From: an uncultured bacterium
Lineage (GTDB): Bacteria > Patescibacteriota > Minisyncoccia > Phycocordibacterales > GCA-2401445
Direction: 5' to 3'
Length of the DNA stretch: 64,000 bases
Assembly (NCBI GenBank): GCA_937952265.1
Contig: CALFYW010000016.1
Span: forward strand, 13,086 to 77,085
Shown: positions 27,965 to 37,794 of the stretch, piece after piece
How the letters are laid out: the number at the start of each line of letters is the position of its first letter
How positions within the stretch are numbered: position 1 is the stretch's first letter
Translations under genes and position numbers: made by a program
Notes under the pieces: model-generated
Databases searched by the model: none
The model's input: the letters and a program-made list of their open reading frames with translations, nothing else
What the model was told of the DNA's origin: nothing

Positions 27965-30406
27965 TCAAGATACCCGCTTTTTCTCTTCCACGACAATATT
28001 AACCAACCGTTCTGGAACATAAATCTCTCGTTGAATCTCTAACCCGTGAATACGTCTCTTTATTTCCGGAATTGCTTTCGCGGCATCAATGATCTTCTGT
28101 TTATCTTCTTTAAGAGGTACCGTAAATGATGCCCTCGTTCTTCCATTTACCTGCACCACAATCATCATTTCATCTGTTAAAAACTTTCCCTCATCGAATG
28201 ATGGCCATGGTGCCGTATGCACGCTCGTCTTTTCACCTCCATGGGTATGCCACAATTCTTCCGCAAGATAGGGCATAAAAGGGGCAACGAGACGAAAGAG
28301 GACGCGCTTTCCTTCAAGGCTCACCACTTTGCTTCGTTCGATTTCATTACAGAGGATCATTAGTGTAGAGATCGCTGTATTAAATCGAAACTGCTGAATA
28401 TCTTCTCCCACCTTTTTTATACTCTGGTGTAAAAGCGAATCTAATTTTGGATCAAGCGATTCCGTAATGCTGAGGTTACCGATTCGCCACACCTTTTCAA
28501 CAAATCGACGAGCACCAATAATGCTCTCCGTGCTCCACGCAGTATTCTGATCAAATGGACCCATAAACATTTCATAGACTCGAAGCGTGTCAGCTCCGTA
28601 GGTATCAACTACTTCATCAGGGTTTACGACATTACCATATCGTTTACTCATCTTCTTTCCGTCTGAAGCCAAGATCAAACCGACATGTTGCAGTCGAGAA
28701 AAGGGCTCCGGAGTATGCACTACTCCTATGTCAAATAATACCTTGTGCCAGAATCGAGCATAAATAAGATGACGTGTTGCATGCTCAGCACCACCAACAT
28801 AGAGATCGACAGGATCCCAATATTTTTCTCGATCTGAAGAGACTAATGCATCGTGGTTATGCGGATCCATATACCGCAAGTAATACCAGGAGGAACCAGC
28901 CCATTGTGGCATGGTGTTAGTTTCTCGTCTTCCACGACCACCACAGGATGGACAGGTGGTGTTAACCCAAGAAGGAATACCTGCAAGCGGAGATTCCCCC
29001 GTGCCTGTTGGCTCATAGGAGGAAACATCGGGTAAAACTACCGGTAAATCTTTTTCAGGAACCGGCACCGCACCACAAGACTCACAGTGAATAATCGGGA
29101 TGGGTTCACCCCAATAACGTTGTCGCGAAAATACCCAATCTCGAAGACGATACACTGTTTTCTTTTCTGCGATCTTCTGCCTAATAAGATAGTTGATAAT
29201 GTCAGCGCGAACACTCCCTGCCTGCTTCCCTTTAAATTGAGCTGGCTCATCGAGTACCCCTTCCTTCATGTCAGTAAAACAAACCTCAAGTGACGCTACC
29301 TTTTTTCTCTCCTCTTCATCGCGCGGAAAAAGTACTGGCTTTAGAGGAATATCGTACTTTTTAGCAAAGGCAAAATCACGCTCATCATGGCACGAGGCTT
29401 TGACGATTCCGGTGCCATAATCAGCAAGCGCGTAATTAGCAATCCAGATTGGGAGATCTCCGTTCCCGACCGGATCAACAATGTACGCACCCGTAAACAT
29501 TCCTTCGGGTTGAACCGCTTCGCGACTTTGAGATCGTTTTACCACTAATTGCTTCGCATACGTAAGTATCTCATCTTTATTTGAAGATTTCGCCACCAAC
29601 TTCTCTAACAGTGGGTGATCAGGAGCAATAACCACAAACGTATCGGCACAAAACGCCTCAAAATGGGCGGAAAAAGTCTGGATCACGAGGTCGCTTCCTT
29701 TTACGGGAGCAGAAAAGAGCATTCCCTCTGATTTACCGATCCAGTTTCGCTGACTTTCTTTAATTGATTCTGGCCAATGAAGTTGCGCGAGGTCATCCAA
29801 GAGGCGTTCAGCATAATCGGTAATACGTAACACCCATTGCGGTAGACTTCTTTTTTCAACTACACTCCCGCATCGCTCACAAGTATTCCCCTCAAGATCC
29901 TCATTCGCCAATCCGGTCTTACATGATGGACACCAATTTATCGGTTCATTCGATTGATACGCAAGCCCTTTTTCAAACAGTTTTAAAAAGATCCATTGTG
30001 TCCAACGATAATACGATGGATCAGTGGTATTAATTTCGCGACTCCAATCATAACTAAGACCTAATTGTGATAACTGACTTTTGTATCGAGCAATATTTTT
30101 CTCAACAGCGATTCGAGGATGCACTTTATGCTTAAGCGCGTAATTCTCTGCGGGCAACCCAAACGCATCCCAACCCATAGGATGCAGTACCGATTTCCCC
30201 GACATGCGTTCAAAACGCGCGTAAATATCAGAAGCAATATACCCTTTTGGATGTCCTACATGGAGCCCTTCCCCTGAAGGGTACGGGAACATATCGAGCA
30301 CAAAGCATTTCCGCTGATTCTTGTTTTCTGAAGTTTGATAAAGACCTTCATCATCCCATACACGTTGCCACTTTTTTTCAATCTTACGATGATCGTATTG
30401 TTTCAT
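27965..30406 (-). CDS. leuS: Leucyl-tRNA synthetase
   Basis: HVGHPKGY (HIGH) and KMSKRYGN (KMSKS) motifs; 813 aa. Confidence 0.95.
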   Translation of the reverse strand: MKQYDHRKIEKKWQRVWDDEGLYQTSENKNQRKCFVLDMFPYPSGEGLHVGHPKGYIASDIYARFERMSGKSVLHPMGWDAFGLPAENYALKHKVHPRIAVEKNIARYKSQLSQLGLSYDWSREINTTDPSYYRWTQWIFLKLFEKGLAYQSNEPINWCPSCKTGLANEDLEGNTCERCGSVVEKRSLPQWVLRITDYAERLLDDLAQLHWPESIKESQRNWIGKSEGMLFSAPVKGSDLVIQTFSAHFEAFCADTFVVIAPDHPLLEKLVAKSSNKDEILTYAKQLVVKRSQSREAVQPEGMFTGAYIVDPVGNGDLPIWIANYALADYGTGIVKASCHDERDFAFAKKYDIPLKPVLFPRDEEERKKVASLEVCFTDMKEGVLDEPAQFKGKQAGSVRADIINYLIRQKIAEKKTVYRLRDWVFSRQRYWGEPIPIIHCESCGAVPVPEKDLPVVLPDVSSYEPTGTGESPLAGIPSWVNTTCPSCGGRGRRETNTMPQWAGSSWYYLRYMDPHNHDALVSSDREKYWDPVDLYVGGAEHATRHLIYARFWHKVLFDIGVVHTPEPFSRLQHVGLILASDGKKMSKRYGNVVNPDEVVDTYGADTLRVYEMFMGPFDQNTAWSTESIIGARRFVEKVWRIGNLSITESLDPKLDSLLHQSIKKVGEDIQQFRFNTAISTLMILCNEIERSKVVSLEGKRVLFRLVAPFMPYLAEELWHTHGGEKTSVHTAPWPSFDEGKFLTDEMMIVVQVNGRTRASFTVPLKEDKQKIIDAAKAIPEIKRRIHGLEIQREIYVPERLVNIVVEEKKRVS

Positions 30407-30483
30407 TACGTTGCATCATACAATAAAAAAAACATTGCGACAAATAAGTCGAAATGTTTTTTACTCTTCAGTGGTGCAAAACA

Positions 30484-31458
30484 CTACTGAACGCGTTTCG
30501 GAAACAATTCAGGATCAATCGTTCGCTCAAAACAGGTTCGGCCTGCGCCGTGATTCCATATCCCATTCTGATTATTACCCACTACACCAAAGAGGGGCTC
30601 TCGATACGAGGGGGAACTCGAGGTATCCTCGCGCGCAAAGGTTGCGCATAATTCAAACGTTAATGGACCACGTACATAATATTCATACTCTTCCTTAGTT
30701 TCGGGATCCGTTGGGGTAACAAAACCGATAAGCGGATCTTCAACTTCTTCAAGGGTTTGTGGTAACACCTCTTTATGTTGCCAAAAAGAGACCACTGAGG
30801 ATTGGATATAGAGAAGATCTTGAATGCGCCGATTGTCAGCAAGTTGTTCACGTTGTGCTGTCGGGGAACCCACAATGAATAATCCTCCGATAATGGCAGC
30901 TAATACAAAGAATGCGCTTATCTTTGCAAACCTCCCTTGAATCACTTGTAACCGAGATACATCAGTAACTCGTAGTGCAAAAAGATAATTTCCAAATACC
31001 AGTGCGCCAAGAGCTAATACCGAAAATACTTTCAAAAGAAACTGGGTGGTTAACTCTCCTCCAAGGAAATAGTTAATGAGTACGATGAGATCAACCGCTA
31101 CCGTGCTACCTGCCAAAAAAAGAGTTAAAAATAGAAGCCATTTATAAACCCAAATTTCTCGCTTTGTCGGATTTGCTCGAATATTTTTTTGAATAATATG
31201 TGTGATAACAAGATATAACGGGAAAATAATTACGAGCGACGCGATCGCAAATCGAATACCCCCGGAATAAAAATTATTGCCCGTAAAGGTATCACTGTAA
31301 GCATAATTAATAATGCCGAAAATTAAAGTTAGGAAACTCGCAACACTCACATAGAGTGTAATGACCATACCAATATTAAGAAAAAAATCTTTTGGTGTGG
31401 TTTCAGGCACTGGCTTTGAATGATTCATATCCATGGTGGTTATCATACCATATCTCAC
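30484..31458 (-). CDS. Polytopic membrane protein, hypothetical
   Basis: Six or seven TM helices then a C-terminal soluble tail. Confidence 0.35.
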   Translation of the reverse strand: MRYGMITTMDMNHSKPVPETTPKDFFLNIGMVITLYVSVASFLTLIFGIINYAYSDTFTGNNFYSGGIRFAIASLVIIFPLYLVITHIIQKNIRANPTKREIWVYKWLLFLTLFLAGSTVAVDLIVLINYFLGGELTTQFLLKVFSVLALGALVFGNYLFALRVTDVSRLQVIQGRFAKISAFFVLAAIIGGLFIVGSPTAQREQLADNRRIQDLLYIQSSVVSFWQHKEVLPQTLEEVEDPLIGFVTPTDPETKEEYEYYVRGPLTFELCATFAREDTSSSPSYREPLFGVVGNNQNGIWNHGAGRTCFERTIDPELFPKRVQ

Positions 31459-31482
31459 CCGAGAAATGGTAGCGATCTTCTA

Positions 31483-32580
31483 CTAAATTCGAAACTCCAT
31501 CACGTCACCGTCAACTACCACATACGTTTTCCCTTCAGTTCGAATGGCTCCATTCTCGCGTGCAACCTGAAATGACCCTGCTTTAATGAGCGCGTGCCAC
31601 GGAATAACCTCTGCTCGAATAAACTTATCACGAAAATCAGAATGGATTGCGGATCCTGCAACTGGTGCGGTAGATCCTCTCACGATTGTCCACGCCCTGC
31701 TTTCATCTTCACCGGTAGTAAAAAAAGTGATGAGGTTCAATAATTCATACCCTTTTTGTATTAAGAGATCGACACCATCATCGGAAACGGTAAGATCCTT
31801 ACGAAATGATTCGCGTTCCTCGTAAGAATAATCTTTTAATTCATGCGCGATGTGCGCATCTACCTTTACCCATAGAGACCCCTCTTTCTCCATTTTAGCC
31901 AACAGCTGTTGGTAACGAATGTCATTCATTTCATCAAGATTCTTTCCTCCACTTTTTTTATTCAACACATACAATAGAGGCTTCCTGCTCAACAGGTGAA
32001 GATCAGCGATCATCTTTTCCTCTTCTTCTGAAAAAGAGAGTGCGCGAGCAGGCTCTCCTTTTGAGAGGACAGATTCAATTCGATCAAGAAGCGTGTCGAG
32101 TATTTTTGCATTTTTTTCACCACGCTTTACCTCGCGCGTGATATGCGCACGACGCTTCTTAATCGTTTCGAGATCTGCAAAAATAAGCTCAAGAGAAATC
32201 GTTTCAATGTCACTAACGGGATCAATCCGGCCTCCAACATGCACTACGTTATCATCCTCAAAAATACGAACCACCTCGGCAATGGCATCTACTTCTCGAA
32301 TATGGGAGAGGAATTGATTCCCCAATCCTTCACCTTCTGCGGCACCTTTTACTAAACCCGCGATATCTACAAACTCGACAACTGCCGGTATCGTTTTCGA
32401 AGAACGGCTCAATTGAGAAAGCTCGAAAAGTCGATCATCTGGCACAGGGACTACCCCAACCGATGGATCGATAGTACAGAAAGGATAATTCTCAGCGGGC
32501 ACCGATTTTTTAGTCAGCGCATTAAAGAGCGTTGACTTCCCAACATTTGGCAAACCCACAATACCTATTGATAAATGCAT
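31483..32580 (-). CDS. ychF: Ribosome-binding ATPase YchF
   Basis: GIVGLPNVGKSTLFNALT P-loop and TGS domain. Start set at MHLSIG. Confidence 0.85.
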   Translation of the reverse strand: MHLSIGIVGLPNVGKSTLFNALTKKSVPAENYPFCTIDPSVGVVPVPDDRLFELSQLSRSSKTIPAVVEFVDIAGLVKGAAEGEGLGNQFLSHIREVDAIAEVVRIFEDDNVVHVGGRIDPVSDIETISLELIFADLETIKKRRAHITREVKRGEKNAKILDTLLDRIESVLSKGEPARALSFSEEEEKMIADLHLLSRKPLLYVLNKKSGGKNLDEMNDIRYQQLLAKMEKEGSLWVKVDAHIAHELKDYSYEERESFRKDLTVSDDGVDLLIQKGYELLNLITFFTTGEDESRAWTIVRGSTAPVAGSAIHSDFRDKFIRAEVIPWHALIKAGSFQVARENGAIRTEGKTYVVVDGDVMEFRI

Positions 32581-32666
32581 GGGCACATCGTAGCGCACTC
32601 ATAAGAAAAGAACAAATGAAAAACCCCTCATATTGAGGGGGTGACACCGCGCGGATTTTTAAAAAA

Positions 32667-32879
32667 TCATGCTCGCCTTAAAGACGTTTCAGATACCGTA
32701 ATATGCGCTTCTCGGTTATGAGATTGGATCGGATCAGAATGTGGGTGACGATCAAGTCTAATCGTAATTATTGGATCACCATCAAGCGGCTGATAGACCA
32801 CTGCAACAACACCTGTGTGGCCTCGCCACATCCCTCCAATGATTTCTACTCTATCACCAGTATCAATAGTTTTTTTCAT
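32667..32879 (-). CDS. Small hypothetical protein
   Basis: 70-aa ORF. Confidence 0.25.
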   Translation of the reverse strand: MKKTIDTGDRVEIIGGMWRGHTGVVAVVYQPLDGDPIITIRLDRHPHSDPIQSHNREAHITVSETSLRRA

Positions 32880-32938
32880 TCAGGATATTCTCCAAAAAAG
32901 GTTTGTGATTGAGACTAATACTTTCTCTAGTATACTCT

Positions 32939-33523
32939 TTACTTCCCTTTTTTTCCAAGACGGTACACTTTTTCTGCCAACCTCTGTTTCTTTGCTTCAG
33001 AAGCATTTTTAATTCCCCCAATACGAAGAATTCGAACCGGCGAAAAACCAGCAAAACGCAAAATACCCCGTTTAATTTCATTCGTGGTATCCCCGAATAA
33101 AACCCAGAGCATGAACGCTGGTGAATCAGAGGTAACAATCACCCGCGCGCTTCTGCCTTTGAGGAGCCGCTTCCATCCCAAACCATTTTTATTAAAATGA
33201 AACGCAAAACCGGGAAGCCACGCACGATCAAAAAAACCTTTTAATAACGCGGGCATGGTTGAGAACCATGTTGGATAGAGTATGACGACATGATGGGCCC
33301 ATTTGATGGCTTCCTGTACACGAAGCAGATCAGGCTCGAGCTCCTGAATCACTTTATATCCCTTATGAAGGATAGGATCAAAATGCAAATCACCGATATT
33401 TATCCGCTGAACCTCAAAGCCCGCCTCCCGTGCTCCGCGCTCATACGCATCCGCAAATAACCCGCCTTTCGTTTCTTTATCTGGGTGCCCGAGAAAAATA
33501 AAAATGTTCTTTTTTTCCACCAT
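32939..33523 (-). CDS. Flavodoxin-like NAD(P)H dehydrogenase (quinone)
   Basis: Flavodoxin_2-like: IFIFLGHPDKET ... VVILYPTWFSTMPALLKGFFDR. Confidence 0.65.
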   Translation of the reverse strand: MVEKKNIFIFLGHPDKETKGGLFADAYERGAREAGFEVQRINIGDLHFDPILHKGYKVIQELEPDLLRVQEAIKWAHHVVILYPTWFSTMPALLKGFFDRAWLPGFAFHFNKNGLGWKRLLKGRSARVIVTSDSPAFMLWVLFGDTTNEIKRGILRFAGFSPVRILRIGGIKNASEAKKQRLAEKVYRLGKKGK

Positions 33524-33528
33524 GAAAA

Positions 33529-33756
33529 CTATGACATTAGTTTCTTGAGCTCCTCCTCATGTGCTCGCACGACTTCCATTGTTGCCGTCATCTGATCTTT
33601 TCCTGATTTCATTTTTTCCTCGACCTCACGCGCGATTCGCTCAAATAACGCGGGATCCTTCTGAATCAATGCAAGCATTTTCTCCTGCTCATCCTTAGGA
33701 ACCCCCTGCATACGAGCACTTACCATTTTTTTTAACAAAAAATTTTTTAATCCCAT
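33529..33756 (-). CDS. Small hypothetical protein
   Basis: 75 aa, helical and charged. Confidence 0.25.
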   Translation of the reverse strand: MGLKNFLLKKMVSARMQGVPKDEQEKMLALIQKDPALFERIAREVEEKMKSGKDQMTATMEVVRAHEEELKKLMS

Positions 33757-33839
33757 ATGTGGTAAGTATAACTATCGAAGCAGTGATCCGCAACAAAAAA
33801 GACCCGGGGCTTGCGCCACAGGTCTTCGCATAATGCATA

Positions 33840-34133
33840 CTAGAGATAGATTCTTATCAAATCAAAAGAATCATCGTTGAAAAAGAGAATCTGCTCACAG
33901 TATCTGCGAGGTTCAACCGTAACTCGAATCTCGACAGTTGGTTGATCAATCAGTACCCACTGACTGTGTCCTGGCCGGATAATGAGTCGACTAACATTCG
34001 AAATAACAAATATCGTATGCTCTTCGTGTGCCACAACCTTTAAGATCAGACCACGAAGAATCGCGCCATTGTCGATCTCCACGGACTTTCCTTGTATCGC
34101 TGTTACATCAATCCCTTTCCACAGTGATGTCAC
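33840..34133 (-). CDS. Hypothetical protein
   Basis: 97-aa ORF, no motif. Confidence 0.25.
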   Translation of the reverse strand: MTSLWKGIDVTAIQGKSVEIDNGAILRGLILKVVAHEEHTIFVISNVSRLIIRPGHSQWVLIDQPTVEIRVTVEPRRYCEQILFFNDDSFDLIRIYL

Positions 34134-34203
34134 TAAATCCTCCCGGTTAAGGTTCCATATTCAGTATAACACACCCACATAAGATCGAGCGCGCATAAAT
34201 ATC

Positions 34204-34881
34204 TTAAAACCAGAAAATAGGTTTTTTTCCGTGTTGCGCGAGGTATTCATTGGTCTGACTGAAATGTTTATTGCCAAAAAACCCATTGTGTGCCGAAAAA
34301 GGAGACGGATGGGATGATTCTAGGATACAGTGCTTACCTGGATCAATAAGCGCCCTTTTAGCACGCGCGTAATTTCCCCAGAGCAAAAAAACAATATTTT
34401 CTTTCTTTTCCGAAATTGCCTGTATCACCGTGTCCGTAAAATTCTCCCATCCTTTATGTTGGTGTGAGCCCGCGACATGGGCACGTACGGTAAGCGTTGC
34501 GTTCAAAAGAAGTACTCCTTGCCGTGCCCAATGCTCTAAGTTACCGTGTTTGGGAATTTCTCCGCCTACATCACTCTGTATCTCCTTATAGATATTTTGC
34601 AGAGAAGGAGGCACCTGTATGTTTTCAGGTACGGAAAAACAGAGTCCGTGTGCTTGCCCTACACCATGATATGGATCCTGTCCCAAAATGACGACGCGCA
34701 CCTGGTCAAACGGGCATAGAGAAAACGCATGAAATACAAACTGAGGTGGTGGATATACCTTCGTGGACAAAAACTCACTCCGTACAAAGGCGCGTAATTC
34801 TTTGAAGTAGTCCTTTTCAAATTCATCAGAAAGCACGGCTTTCCACGATGGTTCAATAGCAACCTCCATGAAAAATATCAT
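34204..34881 (-). CDS. ung: Uracil-DNA glycosylase (family 1)
   Basis: ILGQDPYHG, GLCFSV and HPSPFSA motifs. Confidence 0.85.
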   Translation of the reverse strand: MIFFMEVAIEPSWKAVLSDEFEKDYFKELRAFVRSEFLSTKVYPPPQFVFHAFSLCPFDQVRVVILGQDPYHGVGQAHGLCFSVPENIQVPPSLQNIYKEIQSDVGGEIPKHGNLEHWARQGVLLLNATLTVRAHVAGSHQHKGWENFTDTVIQAISEKKENIVFLLWGNYARAKRALIDPGKHCILESSHPSPFSAHNGFFGNKHFSQTNEYLAQHGKKPIFWF

Positions 34882-34980
34882 AGCACATGAGTATATTCCG
34901 TTGTTTAATACCCATCAATCTTTTTTCAAATTCAGAATTGGTGGTGTTTGTTTGAAAAAGTTAGAACTCATTTCCGAGAA

Positions 34981-35247
34981 GGCAACGACTGACTCGCCCC
35001 GCCGCCCGCCTCCGCTAACGCTCCGGCGGCAACCTTGCAGAAACATTTTCTTTACAATTTTCTTTTTTGCGCGCGCCCCAGAAATTTTTTCAATTAAGGA
35101 AAAGAAAATGTTTCTGCTCGGTTCCGCCCGTGAAGTTTCCGGGCGGAGCGGCGGGGCTTCCACGCTCGGACGGCTCGGCATTCCTCCCCCAGACCCCCTC
35201 CTGCCGAGCCGTCCTCGCTTCGGGGCGGGAATTTTTTGCGGGGCTAC
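34981..35247. repeat. GC-rich palindromic repeat, copy A; inverted relative to copy B
   Basis: About 75-85% identical by eye to the reverse complement of 39483-39812. Its end (cgcttcggggcgggaattttttgcggggctac) overlaps the stop of the 35244 gene. Confidence 0.7.
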
Positions 35248-36068
35248 TTATCCTGATTTGCCTCCTCATTCGGTTTATATTCTATTTTAAGTGGTAAATC
35301 AGTCATTGCATAGTGAACAAATTGCTGTCCGAGGTCTGTAAGTTCATACTTTTCCTCACGGTCAAATGCTGATTTCATCTCACGAGAAGCAACATAACCT
35401 TTTGGTCTTTTTTGTGGAGTATCTTTCAAGAACCGTCCATCATAAGTTTTTTGTCTGTGTTGGCGTATAATCCCTCCTGTGCTTAAATCTCGGAACAGCA
35501 ATTTGTACAAATCGGCATCTGCCGAATCTTCGCGCACGGTTTCTTTTCCAATTTTTTCCCACACTTCACCTCGCGAAATACCGCCACTATTGTAAATTGC
35601 TCCGATGACATGGAAATGTAGTTCGGAATAATCTTTTAACCAGTCGATAAATAGTCGCACCACATCATCACTTGTTAGGTCTGAGGCGGCGGCATTCGCG
35701 AGAATATTTCTGATGTACATCCTCTTTTCGTCGCTTTCTGCTCCCGACCATTCTCGAAATGTCTTTTTGAGTAAGGATTGATACTCCTTGCTTTCAATCC
35801 TTCTGGCAATTTCTTCATCGTGAATATCGAGCCGCGCCATTATTTCGAGAATGGTCTTTTCTTTCTCACGAATTTCGTCTTCAAGCATTTTAATCCAATG
35901 CTTGAAAAAATTATTAACCTTCTCTTGTTCTTTTTCTGACCATGCTCCCGCCGCCGCTGAAAACAAGCCACCAGCAAATGGGACGGCTCCCCCGACAACT
36001 TGCAAAGCACCCCGAACGATTTTCGGGGCACCGCCTTCCTTTGGTAATTTTTTATCTTCTTCCGCCAT
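35244..36068 (-). CDS. Hypothetical protein (island gene 1)
   Basis: 274 aa, Gly/Ala-rich N-terminus, no known motif. A 4-nt gap separates it from the upstream gene. Confidence 0.45.
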   Translation of the reverse strand: MAEEDKKLPKEGGAPKIVRGALQVVGGAVPFAGGLFSAAAGAWSEKEQEKVNNFFKHWIKMLEDEIREKEKTILEIMARLDIHDEEIARRIESKEYQSLLKKTFREWSGAESDEKRMYIRNILANAAASDLTSDDVVRLFIDWLKDYSELHFHVIGAIYNSGGISRGEVWEKIGKETVREDSADADLYKLLFRDLSTGGIIRQHRQKTYDGRFLKDTPQKRPKGYVASREMKSAFDREEKYELTDLGQQFVHYAMTDLPLKIEYKPNEEANQDK

Positions 36069-36072
36069 AGTT

Positions 36073-37002
36073 CTATTGCAAGCTATCGATATATATTGTT
36101 ACTTCATCATCAAATTCTCTCACCAAATCCATTGAGTAAATCACACCTAAACTTTCTGCTTCGTCAGAACTTACCAACGATGGAACACCAATCATACAGC
36201 CATGTCTATCAACAGCTAATCCGCCAGAGTTTCCATGACTAATTTTTGCAGAAGTTACTATCAAACCATCACCGGGGAAACTACTAACCACACCATCGGT
36301 TACTGTTAGAGAATATCCTCCACTGATTGCCGGGTATCCGAAAATACGGATTGGCTCACCAAGTTGTACATATTCATTTGTGCAACTTGTTGTATCATCA
36401 AAAGTTGGAAATTTACGCGGATATACCCCCGCATATTCTCCAGTTTCTTCATCGTAGTAAGCTGCGTAAATTTCCATGTACGCCAAATCGTAATTATCGC
36501 TAATGGTTGGCAATACAATCGGATTAGCTAAATAGATACCGTCTGGCTGTCCAGTTACAGGATCGGGCAGGACAACTAGACATCCCGTTTCATCTACGTG
36601 GAGATAAACCTCGTCCTGGGGAATTATGTGCGAGTTTGTGAGAATTAAGCCATCCTCGCTTATTATCGTGCCAGAACCGCCACTTGATTCATCTTCCGAC
36701 TCTGTGCTTGGGCAGAAGATATTTACAACGGACGCCGCGATTGAATTTTGATTGTATGACGTCGTGTGCGTTGCTGGATAATCGGTCGTGCTGTAGTCAG
36801 TTGAAGAATCATCGTAAACACCAATAACAATAAAGAAAGCTAATACTCCGAGTATAATTAAAATCGCTTTCAAATGATCTTTAATCCATTGAGAAAATCG
36901 TTCTCTAAAAATTGCGAACCGACTAAATTTTAATTCATGCCCACAGTTCTTGCAGAATCTCGTACCCAGTTTTATTTTTTGTCCGCAATTTTTACAAAAC
37001 AT
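36073..37002 (-). CDS. Zinc-ribbon / TM / trypsin-like serine protease
   Basis: MFCKNCGQKIKLGTRFCKNCG zinc ribbon, one TM helix, and the triad context LTNSHI ... D ... GNSGG. Confidence 0.6.
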   Translation of the reverse strand: MFCKNCGQKIKLGTRFCKNCGHELKFSRFAIFRERFSQWIKDHLKAILIILGVLAFFIVIGVYDDSSTDYSTTDYPATHTTSYNQNSIAASVVNIFCPSTESEDESSGGSGTIISEDGLILTNSHIIPQDEVYLHVDETGCLVVLPDPVTGQPDGIYLANPIVLPTISDNYDLAYMEIYAAYYDEETGEYAGVYPRKFPTFDDTTSCTNEYVQLGEPIRIFGYPAISGGYSLTVTDGVVSSFPGDGLIVTSAKISHGNSGGLAVDRHGCMIGVPSLVSSDEAESLGVIYSMDLVREFDDEVTIYIDSLQ

Positions 37003-37003
37003 G

Positions 37004-37246
37004 TTATGTTAATTTACTTCCGCAATGAGTGCAGAATTTTTGCCCTTCCTCAACAGGAGAACCGCAAGACCAACAGAAACTGCCTTTTGCATCATTATCG
37101 CCAACATCTTTCGTCCCTCCAGTAACTTCTGCAAGTTCTTTTTTCTTTGCAATAAGTTCGTTCTTAGTTTTTTCATCTATTCGTCCTTTTACTTGAAATA
37201 GGAAATTAAGAAAATCAGGAAGAACAACAACGTTCATTACATCCAT
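37004..37246 (-). CDS. Small protein with C-terminal zinc ribbon
   Basis: CWSCGSPVEEGQKFCTHCG at the C-terminus. Start ambiguous; set to MDVMNV to limit overlap. Confidence 0.4.
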   Translation of the reverse strand: MDVMNVVVLPDFLNFLFQVKGRIDEKTKNELIAKKKELAEVTGGTKDVGDNDAKGSFCWSCGSPVEEGQKFCTHCGSKLT

Positions 37247-37793
37247 TGAATATGCAGAAAATTCCTTGTATTTCTTTTTTTTGGTCATCGCGAAATACAT
37301 GCAATGCACCCTGTTGTAGAATTGAATTATAGTATTGATCCCAGGGCAAGAGCTCTGGGTCTCGCCAAAATCTCTTTTTTAGTAATCCCTGCGGAGTAAT
37401 AGTTAGTGAGTCAATCTTTAATTCTTTATCTTTTGCAAATTTTAGAAGTAAATTGATTACTACGTGCGGTTTTATAAGATTTTCTATAACCGCATAAAAT
37501 TTTGCAAAAAGTTCATCTTTCTCTTTCTCGGTCTTTCCTTTTCCAATAAAAAATGTTCCAGCAGAGAATTCTATTTTATGAGTCTTCCCATTTGCTTGAA
37601 TCTTTATATTGTACTTACTCGTTGAACCAGCAGGTACAAAGTAGACAGTAGTGGTTGTTCTTGTTAGCAGATAAGATATGCCCTCAATATCGGTATAGTT
37701 TATTCGTTCGCCTTTATATACAAGGTAGTGTTCATAAAACAAAAGAGTCTGACTCCTTGAAACATTTATAGCGATGATTGGTTCTTGTGCCAT
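37215..37793 (-). CDS. Hypothetical protein (island gene 4)
   Basis: Its start ATG lies 1 nt after the stop of the upstream gene (taacatg). No motif. Confidence 0.4.
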   Translation of the reverse strand: MAQEPIIAINVSRSQTLLFYEHYLVYKGERINYTDIEGISYLLTRTTTTVYFVPAGSTSKYNIKIQANGKTHKIEFSAGTFFIGKGKTEKEKDELFAKFYAVIENLIKPHVVINLLLKFAKDKELKIDSLTITPQGLLKKRFWRDPELLPWDQYYNSILQQGALHVFRDDQKKEIQGIFCIFNGCNERCCSS

Positions 37794-37794
37794 G

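Noticed and set aside
34868-35290. 140-aa plus-strand ORF (and the 88-aa minus ORF at 34915-35181) over repeat copy A
   Set aside because: Same reason. The translation (GIPPPDPLLPSRPRFGAGIFCGAT) only mirrors the nucleotide repeat also seen in the spurious ORF over copy B. No start or RBS context.
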